From Squalus acanthias (Eukaryota): a DNA stretch of 64,000 bases. Positions 9,601-24,600 of the stretch are shown here, in pieces. The stretch spans positions 59,274,001 through 59,338,000 of the forward strand of contig CM059438.1 in the NCBI GenBank assembly GCA_030390025.1, in the 5' to 3' direction. Position numbers and translations under genes: made by a program. Positions within the stretch are counted from its first letter, which is position 1. Each line of letters starts with the position of its first letter. Under the pieces are notes generated by a model. That model worked only from the letters and a program-made list of their open reading frames with translations. It searched no databases and was not told where the DNA came from.

Positions 9601-12600
9601 GGTATTGGCGATGGGCTGTGATGGGGAGTTAGGGTATTGGGGATGGGCTGTGATGGGGAGTTAGGTATTGGGGATGGGCTGTGATGGGGGGTTAGGGTAT
9701 TGGGGATGGGCTGTGATGGGGAGTTAGGGTATTGGGGCTGGGCTGTGATGGGGTGTTAGGGTATTGGGGATGGGCTGTGATGGGGAGTTAGTGTATTGGG
9801 GATGGGCTGTGATGGGGGGTTAGGGTATTGGGGATGGGCTGTGATGGGGAGTTAGGGTATTGGCGATGGGTTGTGATGGGGAGTTAGGGTATTGGGGATG
9901 GGCTGTGATGGGGGGTTAGGGTATTGGGGATGGGCTGTGATGGGGAGTTAGGGTATTGGGGATGGGCTGTGATGGGGAGTTAGGGTATTGGGGATGGGCT
10001 GTGATGGGGGGTTAGGGTATTGGGGATGGGCTGTGATGCGGGGTTAGGGTATTGGGGATGGGCTGTGATGGGGAGTTAGGGTATTGGGGATGGGCTGTGA
10101 TGGGGAGTTAGGGTATTGGGGATGGGCTGTGATGGGGGGTTAGGGTATTGGGGATGGGCTGTGATGGGGAGTTAGGGTATTGGGGATGGGGTGTGATGGG
10201 GAGTTAGGGTATTGGGGATGGGCTGTGATGGGCAGTTTGGGTATTGGGGATGGGCTGTGATGGGGAGTTAGGGTATTGGGGATGGGCTGTGATGGGGGGT
10301 TAGGGTATTGGGGATGGGCTGTGATGGGCAGTTTGGGTATTGGGGATGGGCTGTGATGTGGAGTTAGGGTATTGGGGATGGGCTGTGATGGGCAGTTTGG
10401 GTATTGGGGATGGGCTGTGATGGGGAGTTAGGGTATTGGGGATGGGCTGTGATGGGGGTTAGGGTATTGGGGATGGGCTGTGATGGGCAGTTTGGGTATT
10501 GGGGATGGGCTGTGATGTGGAGTTAGGGTATTGGGGATGGGCTGTGATGGGGGTAAGGGTATTGGGGATGGGCTGTGATGGGGGGTTAGGGTATTGGGGA
10601 TCGGCTGTGATGAGCAGTTAGGTTATTGGGGATGGGCTGTGATGGGGAGTTAGGGTATTGGGGATGGGCTGTGATGGGGAGTTAGAGTATTGGCGATGGG
10701 CTGTGATGGGGAGTTAGGGTATTGGCGATGGGGAGTTAGGGTTTGTGGATGGGCTGTGATGGGGAGTTAGGGTATTGGGGATGGGCTGTGATGGGGAGTT
10801 AGGGTATTGGGGATGGGCTGTGATGGGGAGTTAGGGTATTGGCGATGGGCTGTGATGGGGAGTTAGGGTATTGGGGATGGGCTGTGATGGGGAGTTAGGG
10901 TATTGGGGATGGGCTGTGATGGGGAGTTAGGATATTGGCGATGGGCTGGGATGGGGGGTTAGGGTATTGGGGATGGGCTGTGATGGGGAGTTAGGGTATT
11001 GGCGATGGGCTGTGATGGGGAGTTAGGGTATTGGCGATGGGCTGTGATGGGGAGTTACGGTATTGGGGATTGGCTGTGATGGGGAGTTAGGGTATTGGGG
11101 ATGGGCTGTGATGGGGAGTTATGGTATTGGGGATGGGCTGTGATGGGGAGTTAGGGTATTGGGGATGGGCTGTGATGGGGAGTTAGGGTATTGGGGATGG
11201 GCTGTGATGGGGGTTAGGGTATTGGCGATGGGCTGTGATGGGGAGTTAGGGTATTGGGGATGGGCTGTGATGGGGAGTTAGGGTATTGGGGATGGGCTGT
11301 GATGGGGAGTTAGGGTATTGGCGATGGGCTGTGATGGGGAGTTAGGGTATTGGGGATGGGCTGTGATGGGGAGTTAGGTATTGGGGATGGGCTGTGATGG
11401 GGGGTTAGGGTATTGGGGATGGGCTGTGATGGGGAGTTAGGGTATTGGCGATGGGCTGTGATGGGGAGTTAGGGTATTGGCGATGGGCTGTGATGGGGAG
11501 TTAGGGTATTGACGATGGGCTGTGATGGGGAGTTAGGGTATTGGCGATGGGCTGTGATGGGGAGTTAGGGTATTGGGGATGGGCTGTGATGGGGAGTTAG
11601 GGTCTTGACGATGGCCTGTGATGGGGAGTTAGGATATTGGGGATGGGCTGTGATGGGGAGTTAGGGTATTGGGGATGGGCTATGATGGGGGTTAGGGTAT
11701 TGGCGATGGGCTGTGATGGGGAGTTAGGGTATTGGGAATGGGCTGTGATGGGGAGTTAGGGTATTGGCGATGGGCTGTGATGGGGAGTTAGGGTATTGGC
11801 GATGGGCTGTGATGCGGGGTTAGGGTATTGGGGATGGGCTGTGATGGGGAGTTAGGGTATTGGGGATGGGCTGTGATGGGGAGTAAGGGTATTGGGGATG
11901 GGCTGTGATGGGGTTAGGGTATTGGGGATGGGCTGTGATGGGGAGTTAGGGTATTGGGGATGGGGTGTGATGGGGAGTTAGGGTGTTGGGGATGGGCTGT
12001 GATGGGCAGTTTGGGTATTGGGGATGGGCTGTGATGGGGAGTTAGGGTATTGGGGATGGGCTGTGATGGGGGTTAGGGTATTGGGGATGGGCTGTGATCG
12101 GGGGTTAGGGTATTGGGGATGGGCTGTGATGGGCAGTTTGGGTATTGGGGATGGGCTGTGATGTGGAGTTAGGGTATTGGGGATGGGCTGTGATGGGGGT
12201 TAGGGTATTGGGGATGGGCTGTGATGGGGGGTTAGGGTATTGGGGATGGGCTGTGATGGGCAGTTAGGGTATTGGGGATGGGCTGTGATGGGGAGTTAGG
12301 GTATTGGGGATGGGCTGTGATGGGGAGTTAGAGTATTGGCGATGGGCTGTGATGGGGAGTTAGGGTATTGGGGATGGGCTGTGATGGGGGTTAGGGTATT
12401 GGGGATGGGCTGTGATGGGGAGTTAGGGTATTGGGGATGGGCTGTGATCTGGAGTTAGGGTATTGGGGATGGGCTGTGATGGGGAGTTAGGGTATTGGGG
12501 ATGGGCTGTGATGGGGAGTTAGGGTATTGGGGATGGGCTGTGATGGGGGGTTAGGGTATTGGGGATGGGCTGTGATGCGGGGTTAGGGTATTGGGGATGG

Positions 12601-15600
12601 GCTGTGATGGGGAGTTAGGGTATTGGGGATGGGCTGTGATGGGGAGTTAGGGTATTGGGGATGGGCTGTGATGGGGGGTTAGGGTATTGGGGATGGGCTG
12701 TGATGGGGAGTTAGGGTATTGGGGATGGGGTGTGATGGGGAGTTAGGGTATTGGGGATGGGCTGTGATGGGCAGTTTGGGTATTGGGGATGGGCTGTGAT
12801 GGGGAGTTAGGGTATTGGGGATGGGCTGTGATGGGGGGTTAGGGTATTGGGGATGGGCTGTGATGGGCAGTTTGGGTATTGGGGATGGGCTGTGATGTGG
12901 AGTTAGGGTATTGGGGATGGGCTGTGATGGGCAGTTTGGGTATTGGGGATGGGCTGTGATGGGGAGTTAGGGTATTGGGGATGGGCTGTGATGGGGGTTA
13001 GGGTATTGGGGATGGGCTGTGATGGGCAGTTTGGGTATTGGGGATGGGCTGTGATGTGGAGTTAGGGTATTGGGGATGGGCTGTGATGGGGGTAAGGGTA
13101 TTGGGGATGGGCTGTGATGGGGGGTTAGGGTATTGGGGATGGGCTGTGATGAGCAGTTAGGGTATTGGGGATGGGCTGTGATGGGGAGTTAGGGTATTGG
13201 GGATGGGCTGTGATGGGGAGTTAGAGTATTGGCGATGGGCTGTGATGGGGAGTTAGGGTATTGGCGATGGGGAGTTAGGGTTTGTGGATGGGCTGTGATG
13301 GGGAGTTAGGGTATTGGGGATGGGCTGTGATGGGGAGTTAGGGTATTGGGGATGGGCTGTGATGGGGAGTTAGGGTATTGGCGATGGGCTGTGATGGGGA
13401 GTTAGGGTATTGGGGATGGGCTGTGATGGGGAGTTAGGGTATTGGGGATGGGCTGTGATGGGGAGTTAGGATATTGGCGATGGGCTGGGATGGGGGGTTA
13501 GGGTATTGGGGATGGGCTGTGATGGGGAGTTAGGGTATTGGCGATGGGCTGTGATGGGGAGTTAGGGTATTGGCGATGGGCTGTGATGGGGAGTTACGGT
13601 ATTGGGGATTGGCTGTGATGGGGAGTTAGGGTATTGGGGATGGGCTGTGATGGGGAGTTATGGTATTGGGGATGGGCTGTGATGGGGAGTTAGGGTATTG
13701 GGGATGGGCTGTGATGGGGAGTTAGGGTATTGGGGATGGGCTGTGATGGGGGTTAGGGTATTGGCGATGGGCTGTGATGGGGAGTTAGGGTATTGGGGAT
13801 GGGCTGTGATGGGGAGTTAGGGTATTGGGGATGGGCTGTGATGGGGAGTTAGGGTATTGGCGATGGGCTGTGATGGGGAGTTAGGGTATTGGGGATGGGC
13901 TGTGATGGGGAGTTAGGTATTGGGGATGGGCTGTGATGGGGGGTTAGGGTATTGGGGATGGGCTGTGATGGGGAGTTAGGGTATTGGCGATGGGCTGTGA
14001 TGGGGAGTTAGGGTATTGGCGATGGGCTGTGATGGGGAGTTAGGGTATTGACGATGGGCTGTGATGGGGAGTTAGGGTATTGGCGATGGGCTGTGATGGG
14101 GAGTTAGGGTATTGGGGATGGGCTGTGATGGGGAGTTAGGGTCTTGACGATGGCCTGTGATGGGGAGTTAGGATATTGGGGATGGGCTGTGATGGGGAGT
14201 TAGGGTATTGGGGATGGGCTATGATGGGGGTTAGGGTATTGGCGATGGGCTGTGATGGGGAGTTAGGGTATTGGGAATGGGCTGTGATGGGGAGTTAGGG
14301 TATTGGCGATGGGCTGTGATGGGGAGTTAGGGTATTGGCGATGGGCTGTGATGCGGGGTTAGGGTATTGGGGATGGGCTGTGATGGGGAGTTAGGGTATT
14401 GGGGATGGGCTGTGATGGGGAGTAAGGGTATTGGGGATGGGCTGTGATGGGGTTAGGGTATTGGGGATGGGCTGTGATGGGGAGTTAGGGTATTGGGGAT
14501 GGGGTGTGATGGGGAGTTAGGGTGTTGGGGATGGGCTGTGATGGGCAGTTTGGGTATTGGGGATGGGCTGTGATGGGGAGTTAGGGTATTGGGATGGGCT
14601 GTGATGGGGGTTAGGGTATTGGGGATGGGCTGTGATCGGGGGTTAGGGTATTGGGGATGGGCTGTGATGGGCAGTTTGGGTATTGGGGATGGGCTGTGAT
14701 GTGGAGTTAGGGTATTGGGGATGGGCTGTGATGGGGGTTAGGGTATTGGGGATGGGCTGTGATGGGGGGTTAGGGTATTGGGGATGGGCTGTGATGGGCA
14801 GTTAGGGTATTGGGGATGGGCTGTGATGGGGAGTTAGGGTATTGGGGATGGGCTGTGATGGGGAGTTAGAGTATTGGCGATGGGCTGTGATGGGGAGTTA
14901 GGGTATTGGGGATGGGCTGTGATGGGGGTTAGGGTATTGGGGATGGGCTGTGATGGGGAGTTAGGGTATTGGGGATGGGCTGTGATCTGGAGTTAGGGTA
15001 TTGGGGATGGGCTGTGATGGGGGGTTAGGGTATTGGGAATGGACTGTGATGGGAGAGTTAGAGTATTGGCGATGGGCTGTGATGGGGAGTTAGGGTATTG
15101 GCGATGGGCTGTGATGGGGAGTTAGGGTATTGTGGATGGGCTGTGATGGGGAGTTAGGGTATTGGGGATGCGCTGTGATGAGGAGTTAGGGTATTGGGGA
15201 TGGGCTGTGATGGGGAGTTAGGGTATTGGGTATTGGCTGTGATGGGGAGTTAGGGTATTGGGGATGGGCTGTGATGGGGAGTTAGGGTATTGGGGATGGG
15301 CTGTGATGGGGAGTTAGGGTATTGACGATGGGCTGTGATGGGGAGTTAGGATATTGGGGATGGGCTGTGATGGGGAGTTAGGGTATTGGGGATGGGCTAT
15401 GATGGGGGTTAGGGTATTGGCGATGGGCTGTGATGGGGAGTTAGGGTATTGGGAATGGGCTGTGATGGGGAGTTAGGGTATTGGGGATGGGCTGTGATGG
15501 GGAGTTGGGGTATTGGGGATGGACTGTGATGGGGGGTTAGGGTATTGGGGATGGGCTGTGATGGGGAGTTAGGGTATTGGGGATGGGCTGTGATGGGGAG

Positions 15601-18600
15601 TTAGGGTATTGGGGATTGGCTGTGATGGGGAGTTAGGGTATTGGGGATGGGCTGTGATGGGGAGTTAGGGTATTGGGGATGGGCTGTGATGGGGAGTTAT
15701 GGTATTGGGGATGGGCTGTGATGGGGAGTTAGGTTATTGGGGATGGGCTGTGATGGGGAGTTAGGGTATTGGGGATGGGCTGTGATGGGGGTTAGGGTAT
15801 TGGCGATGGGCTGTGATGGGGAGTTAGGGTATTGGGGATGGGCTGTGATGGGGAGTTAGGGTATTGGGGATGGGCTGTGATGGGGAGTTAGGGTATTGGG
15901 GATGGGCTGTGATGGGGAGTTAGGGTATTGGCGATGGGCTGTGATGGGGAGTTAGGGTATTGGGGATGGGCTGTGATGGGGAGTTAGGGTATTGGGGATG
16001 GGCTGTGATGGGGAGTTAGGGTATTGGCGATGGGCTGTGATGGGGAGTTAGGGTATTGGGGATGGGCTGTGATGGGGAGTTAGGTATTGGGGATGGGCTG
16101 TGATGGGGGGTTAGGGTATTGGGGATGGGCTGTGATGGGGAGTTAGGGTATTGGGGCTGGGCTGTGATGGGGTGTTAGGGTATTGGGGATGGGCTGTGAT
16201 GGGGAGTTAGTGTATTGGGGATGGGCTGTGATGGGGGTTAGGGTATTGGGGATGGGCTGTGATGGGGTGTTAGGGTATTGGGGATGGGCTGTGATGGGGA
16301 GTTAGTGTATTGGGGATGGGCTGTGATGGGGGGTTAGGGTATTGGCGATGGGCTGTGATGGGGAGTTAGGGTATTGGGGATGGGCTGTGATGGGGAGTTA
16401 GGGTATTGGGGATGGGCTGTGATGGGGAGTTAGGGTATTGGCGATGGGCTGTGATGGGGAGTTAGGGTATTGGGGATGGGCTGTGATGGGGGGTTAGGGT
16501 ATTGGGAATGGACTGTGATGGGAGAGTTAGAGTATTGGCGATGGGCTGTGATGGGGAGTTAGGGTATTGGCGATGGGCTGTGATGGGGAGTTAGGGTATT
16601 GTGGATGGGCTGTGATGGGGAGTTAGGGTATTGGGGATGCGCTGTGATGAGGAGTTAGGGTATTGGGGATGGGCTGTGATGGGGAGTTAGGGTATTGGCG
16701 ATGGGCTGTGATGGGGAGTTAGGGTATTGGGGATGGGCTGTGATGGGGAGTTAGGGTATTGGGGATGGGCTGTGATGGGGAGTTAGGGTATTGGCGATGG
16801 GCTGTGATGGGGAGTTAGGGTATTGGGGATGGGCTGTGATGGGGAGTTCGGGTATTGGGGATGGGCTGTGATGGGGAGTTAGGATATTGGCGATGGGCTG
16901 GGATGGGGGGTTAGGGTATTGGGGATGGGCTGTGATGGGGAGTTAGGGTATTGGCGATGGGCTGTGATGGGGAGTTATGGTATTGGGGATGGGCTGTGAT
17001 GGGGAGTTATGGTATTGGCGATGGGCTGTGATGGGGAGTTAGGGTATTGGGTATTGGCTGTGATGGGGAGTTAGGGTATTGGGGATGGGCTGTGATGGGG
17101 AGTTAGGGTATTGGGGATGGGCTGTGATGGGGAGTTAGGGTATTGACGATGGGCTGTGATGGGGAGTTAGGATATTGGGGATGGGCTGTGATGGGGAGTT
17201 AGGGTATTGGGGATGGGCTATGATGGGGGTTAGGGTATTGGCGATGGGCTGTGATGGGGAGTTAGGGTATTGGGAATGGGCTGTGATGGGGAGTTAGGGT
17301 ATTGGGGATGGGCTGTGATGGGGAGTTGGGGTATTGGGGATGGACTGTGATGGGGGGTTAGGGTATTGGGGATGGGCTGTGATGGGGAGTTAGGGTATTG
17401 GGGATGGGCTGTGATGGGGAGTTAGGGTATTGGGGATTGGCTGTGATGGGGAGTTAGGGTATTGGGGATGGGCTGTGATGGGGAGTTAGGGTATTGGGGA
17501 TGGGCTGTGATGGGGAGTTATGGTATTGGGGATGGGCTGTGATGGGGAGTTAGGGTATTGGGGATGGGCTGTGATGGGGAGTTAGGGTATTGGGGATGGG
17601 CTGTGATGGGGGTTAGGGTATTGGCGATGGGCTGTGATGGGGAGTTAGGGTATTGGGGATGGGCTGTGATGGGGAGTTAGGGTATTGGGGATGGGCTGTG
17701 ATGGGGAGTTAGGGTATTGGGGATGGGCTGTGATGGGGAGTTAGGGTATTGGCGATGGGCTGTGATGGGGAGTTAGGGTATTGGGGATGGGCTGTGATGG
17801 GGAGTTAGGGTATTGGGGATGGGCTGTGATGGGGAGTTAGGGTATTGGCGATGGGCTGTGATGGGGAGTTAGGGTATTGGGGATGGGCTGTGATGGGGAG
17901 TTAGGTATTGGGGATGGGCTGTGATGGGGGGTTAGGGTATTGGGGATGGGCTGTGATGGGGAGTTAGGGTATTGGGGCTGGGCTGTGATGGGGTGTTAGG
18001 GTATTGGGGATGGGCTGTGATGGGGAGTTAGTGTATTGGGGATGGGCTGTGATGGGGGTTAGGGTATTGGGGATGGGCTGTGATGGGGTGTTAGGGTATT
18101 GGGGATGGGCTGTGATGGGGAGTTAGTGTATTGGGGATGGGCTGTGATGGGGGGTTAGGGTATTGGCGATGGGCTGTGATGGGGAGTTAGGGTATTGGGG
18201 ATGGGCTGTGATGGGGAGTTAGGGTATTGGGGATGGGCTGTGATGGGGAGTTAGGGTATTGGCGATGGGCTGTGATGGGGAGTTAGGGTATTGGGGATGG
18301 GCTGTGATGGGGAGTTAGGTATTGGGGATGGGCTGTGATGGGGGGTTAGGGTATTGGGGATGGGCTGTGATGGAGAGTTAGGGTATTGGCGATGGGCTGT
18401 GATGGGGAGTTAGGGTATTGGCGATGGGCTGTGATGGGGAGTTAGGGTATTGACGATGGGCTGTGATGGGGAGTTAGGGTATTGGCGATGGGCTGTGATG
18501 GGGAGTTAGGGTATTGGGGATGGGCTGTGATGGGGAGTTAGGGTCTTGACGATGGGCTGTGATGGGGAGTTAGGGTATTGGCGATGGGCTGTGATGGGGA

Positions 18601-21600
18601 GTTAGGGTATTGGCGATGGGCTGTGATGGGGAGTTAGGGTATTGGCGATGGGCTGTGATGGGGAGTTAGGATATTGGGGATGGGCTGTGATGGGGAGTTA
18701 GGGTATTGGGGATGGGCTATGATGGGGGTTAGGGTATTGGCGATGGGCTGTGATGGGGAGTTAGGGTATTGGGAATGGGCTGTGATGGGGAGTTAGGGTA
18801 TTGGCGATGGGCTGTGATGGGGAGTTAGGGTATTGGCGATGGGCTGTGATGCGGGGTTAGGGTATTGGGGATGGGCTGTGATGGGGAGTTAGGGTATTGG
18901 GGATGGGCTGTGATGGGGAGTAAGGGTATTGGGGATGGGCTGTGATGGGGTTAGGGTATTGGGGATGGGCTGTGATGGGGAGTTAGGGTATTGGGGATGG
19001 GGTGTGATGGGGAGTTAGGGTGTTGGGGATGGGCTGTGATGGGCAGTTTGGGTATTGGGGATGGGCTGTGATGGGGAGTTAGGGTATTGGGGATGGGCTG
19101 TGATGGGGGTTAGGGTATTGGGGATGGGCTGTGATCGGGGGTTAGGGTATTGGGGATGGGCTGTGATGGGCAGTTTGGGTATTGGGGATGGGCTGTGATG
19201 TGGAGTTAGGGTATTGGGGATGGGCTGTGATGGGGGTTAGGGTATTGGGGATGGGCTGTGATGGGGGGTTAGGGTATTGGGGATGGGCTGTGATGGGCAG
19301 TTAGGGTATTGGGGATGGGCTGTGATGGGGAGTTAGGGTATTGGGGATGGGCTGTGATGGGGAGTTAGAGTATTGGCGATGGGCTGTGATGGGGAGTTAG
19401 GGTATTGGGGATGGGCTGTGATGGGGGTTAGGGTATTGGGGATGGGCTGTGATGGGGAGTTAGGGTATTGGGGATGGGCTGTGATCTGGAGTTAGGGTAT
19501 TGGGGATGGGCTGTGATGGGGGGTTAGGGTATTGGGAATGGACTGTGATGGGAGAGTTAGAGTATTGGCGATGGGCTGTGATGGGGAGTTAGGGTATTGG
19601 CGATGGGCTGTGATGGGGAGTTAGGGTATTGTGGATGGGCTGTGATGGGGAGTTAGGGTATTGGGGATGGGCTGTGATGAGGAGTTAGGGTATTGGGGAT
19701 GGGCTGTGATGGGGAGTTAGGGTATTGGCGATGGGCCGTGATGGGGAGTTAGGGTATTGGGGATGGGCTGTGATGGGGAGTTAGGGTATTGGGGATGGGC
19801 TGTGATGGGGAGTTAGGGTATTGGCGATGGGCTGTGATGGGGAGTTAGGGTATTGGGGATGGGCTGTGATGGGGAGTTCGGGTATTGGGGATGGGCTGTG
19901 ATGGGGAGTTAGGATATTGGCGATGGGCTGGGATGGGGGGTTAGGGTATTGGGGAAGGGCTGTGATGGGGAGTTAGGGTATTGGCGATGGGCTGTGATGG
20001 GGAGTTAGGGTATTGGGGATGGGCTGTGATGGGGAGTTAGGGTATTGGCGATGGGCTGTGATGGGGAGTTAGGGTATTGGGTATTGGCTGTGATGGGGAG
20101 TTAGGGTATTGGGGATGGGCTGTGATGGGGAGTTAGGGTATTGGGGATGGGCTGTGATGGGGAGTTAGGGTATTGACGATGGGCTGTGATGGGGAGTTAG
20201 GATATTGGGGATGGGCTGTGATGGGGAGTTAGGGTATTGGGGATGGGCTATGATGGGGGTTAGGTTATTGGCGATGGGCTGTGATGGGGAGTTAGGGTAT
20301 TGGGAATGGGCTGTGATGGGGAGTTAGGGTATTGGGGATGGGCTGTGATGGGGAGTTGGGGTATTGGGGATGGACTGTGATGGGGGGTTAGGGTATTGGG
20401 GATGGGCTGTGATGGGGAGTTAGGGTATTGGGGATGGGCTGTGATGGGGAGTTAGGGTATTGGGGATTGGCTGTGATGGGGAGTTAGGGTATTGGGGATG
20501 GGCTGTGATGGGGAGTTAGGGTATTGGGGATGGGCTGTGATGGGGAGTTATGGTATTGGGGATGGGCTGTGATGGGGAGTTAGGGTATTGGGGATGGGCT
20601 GTGATGGGGAGTTAGGGTATTGGGGATGGGCTGTGATGGGGGTTAGGGTATTGGCGATGGGCTGTGATGGGGAGTTAGGGTATTGGGGATGGGCTGTGAT
20701 GGGGAGTTAGGGTATTGGGGATGGGCTGTGATGGGGAGTTAGGGTATTGGGGATGGGCTGTGATGGGGAGTTAGGGTATTGGCGATGGGCTGTGATGGGG
20801 AGTTAGGGTATTGGGGATGGGCTGTGATGGGGAGTTAGGGTATTGGGGATGGGCTGTGATGGGGAGTTAGGGTATTGGCGATGGGCTGTGATGGGGAGTT
20901 AGGGTATTGGGGATGGGCTGTGATGGGGAGTTAGGGTATTGGGGATGGGCTGTGATGGGGGGTTAGGGTATTGGGGATGGGCTGTGATGGGGAGTTAGGG
21001 TATTGGGGCTGGGCTGTGATGGGGTGTTAGGGTATTGGGGATGGGCTGTGATGGGGAGTTAGTGTATTGGGGATGGGCTGTGATGGGGGGTTAGGGTATT
21101 GGGGATGGGCTGTGATGGGGAGTTAGGGTATTGGCGATGGGTTGTGATGGGGAGTTAGGGTATTGGGGATGGGCTGTGATGGGGGGTTAGGGTATTGGGG
21201 ATGGGCTGTGATGGGGAGTTAGGGTATTGGCGATGGGTTGTGATGGGGAGTTAGGGTATTGGGGATGGGCTGTGATGGGGGGTTAGGGTATTGGGGATGG
21301 GCTGTGATGGGGGGTTAGGGTATTGGGGATGGGCTGTGATGCGGGGTTAGGGTATTGGGGATGGGCTGTGATGGGGAGTTAGGGTATTGGGGATGGGCTG
21401 TGATGGGGAGTTAGGGTATTGGGGATGGGCTGTGATGGGGGGTTAGGGTATTGGGGATGGGCTGTGATGGGGAGTTAGGGTATTGGGGATGGGGTGTGAT
21501 GGGGAGTTAGGGTATTGGGGATGGGCTGTGATGGGCAGTTTGGGTATTGGGGATGGGCTGTGATGGGGAGTTAGGGTATTGGGGATGGGCTGTGATGGGG

Positions 21601-24600
21601 GTTAGGGTATTGGGGATGGGCTGTGATGGGGGGTTAGGGTATTGGGGATGGGCTGTGATGGGCAGTTTGGGTATTGGGGATGGGCTGTGATGTGGAGTTA
21701 GGGTATTGGGGATGGGCTGTGATGGGGGTTAGGGTATTGGGGATGGGCTGTGATGGGGGGTTAGGTTATTGGGGATGGGCTGTGATGGGCAGTTAGGGTA
21801 TTGGGGATGGGCTGTGATGGGGAGTTAGGGTATTGGGGATGGGCTGTGATGGGGAGTTAGAGTATTGGCGATGGGCTGTGATGGGGAGTTAGGGTATTGG
21901 GGATGGGCTGTGATGGGGAGTTAGGGTATTGGGGATGGGCTGTGATCTGGAGTTAGGGTATTGGGGATGGGCTGTGATGGGGGGTTAGGGTATTGGGAAT
22001 GGACTGTGATGGGAGAGTCAGAGTATTGGCGATGGGCTGTGATGGGGAGTTAGGGTATTGGCGATGGGGAGTTAGGGTATTGTGGATGGGCTGTGATGGG
22101 GAGTTAGGGTATTGGGGATGGGCTGTGATGGGGAGTTAGGGTATTGGGGATGGGCTGTGATGGGGAGTTAGGGTATTGGCGATGGGCTGTGATGGGGAGT
22201 TAGGGTATTGGGGATGGGCTGTGATGGGGAGTTAGGGTATTGGGGATGGGCTGTGATGGGGAGTTAGGATATTGGCGATGGGCTGGGATGGGGGGTTAGG
22301 GTATTGGGGATGGGCTGTGATGGGGAGTTAGGGTATTGGCGATGGGCTGTGATGGGGAGTTAGGGTATTGGCGATGGGCTGTGATGGGGAGTTAGGGTAT
22401 TGGGGATTGGCTGTGATGGGGAGTTAGGGTATTGGGGATGGGCTGTGATGGGGAGTTATGGTATTGGGGATGGGCTGTGATGGGGAGTTAGGGTATTGGG
22501 GATGGGCTGTGATGGGGAGTTAGGGTATTGGGGATGGGCTGTGATGGGGGTTAGGGTATTGGCGATGGGCTGTGATGGGGAGTTAGGGTATTGGGGATGG
22601 GCTGTGATGGGGAGTTAGGGTATTGGGGATGGGCTGTGATGGGGTTAGGGTATTGGGGATGGGCTGTGATGGGGAGTTAGGGTATTGGGGATGGGGTGTG
22701 ATGGGGAGTTAGGGTGTTGGGGATGGGCTGTGATGGGCAGTTTGGGTATTGGGGATGGGCTGTGATGGGGAGTTAGGGTATTGGGGATGGGCTGTGATGG
22801 GGGTTAGGGTATTGGGGATGGGCTGTGATCGGGGGTTAGGGTATTGGGGATGGGCTGTGATGGGCAGTTTGGGTATTGGGGATGGGCTGTGATGTGGAGT
22901 TAGGGTATTGGGGATGGGCTGTGATGGGGGTTAGGGTATTGGGGATGGGCTGTGATGGGGGGTTAGGGTATTGGGGATGGGCTGTGATGGGCAGTTAGGG
23001 TATTGGCGATGGGCTGTGATGGGGAGTTAGGGTATTGACGATGGGCTGTGATGGGGAGTTAGGGTATTGGCGATGGGCTGTGATGGGGAGTTAGGGTATT
23101 GGGGATGGGCTGTGATGGGGAGTTAGGGTCTTGACGATGGGCTGTGATGGGGAGTTAGGGTATTGGCGATGGGCTGTGATGGGGAGTTAGGGTATTGGCG
23201 ATGGGCTGTGATGGGGAGTTAGGGTATTGGCGATGGGCTGTGATGGGGAGTTAGGATATTGGGGATGGGCTGTGATGGGGAGTTAGGGTATTGGGGATGG
23301 GCTATGATGGGGGTTAGGGTATTGGCGATGGGCTGTGATGGGGAGTTAGGGTATTGGGAATGGGCTGTGATGGGGAGTTAGGGTATTGGCGATGGGCTGT
23401 GATGGGGAGTTAGGGTATTGGCGATGGGCTGTGATGCGGGGTTAGGGTATTGGGGATGGGCTGTGATGGGGAGTTAGGGTATTGGGGATGGGCTGTGATG
23501 GGGAGTAAGGGTATTGGGGATGGGCTGTGATGGGGTTAGGGTATTGGGGATGGGCTGTGATGGGGAGTTAGGGTATTGGGGATGGGGTGTGATGGGGAGT
23601 TAGGGTGTTGGGGATGGGCTGTGATGGGCAGTTTGGGTATTGGGGATGGGCTGTGATGGGGAGTTAGGGTATTGGGGATGGGCTGTGATGGGGGTTAGGG
23701 TATTGGGGATGGGCTGTGATCGGGGGTTAGGGTATTGGGGATGGGCTGTGATGGGCAGTTTGGGTATTGGGGATGGGCTGTGATGTGGAGTTAGGGTATT
23801 GGGGATGGGCTGTGATGGGGGTTAGGGTATTGGGGATGGGCTGTGATGGGGGGTTAGGGTATTGGGGATGGGCTGTGATGGGCAGTTAGGGTATTGGGGA
23901 TGGGCTGTGATGGGGAGTTAGGGTATTGGGGATGGGCTGTGATGGGGAGTTAGAGTATTGGCGATGGGCTGTGATGGGGAGTTAGGGTATTGGGGATGGG
24001 CTGTGATGGGGGTTAGGGTATTGGGGATGGGCTGTGATGGGGAGTTAGGGTATTGGGGATGGGCTGTGATCTGGAGTTAGGGTATTGGGGATGGGCTGTG
24101 ATGGGGGGTTAGGGTATTGGGAATGGACTGTGATGGGAGAGTTAGAGTATTGGCGATGGGCTGTGATGGGGAGTTAGGGTATTGGCGATGGGCTGTGATG
24201 GGGAGTTAGGGTATTGTGGATGGGCTGTGATGGGGAGTTAGGGTATTGGGGATGGGCTGTGATGAGGAGTTAGGGTATTGGGGATGGGCTGTGATGGGGA
24301 GTTAGGGTATTGGCGATGGGCCGTGATGGGGAGTTAGGGTATTGGGGATGGGCTGTGATGGGGAGTTAGGGTATTGGGGATGGGCTGTGATGGGGAGTTA
24401 GGGTATTGGCGATGGGCTGTGATGGGGAGTTAGGGTATTGGGGATGGGCTGTGATGGGGAGTTCGGGTATTGGGGATGGGCTGTGATGGGGAGTTAGGAT
24501 ATTGGCGATGGGCTGGGATGGGGGGTTAGGGTATTGGGGAAGGGCTGTGATGGGGAGTTAGGGTATTGGCGATGGGCTGTGATGGGGAGTTAGGGTATTG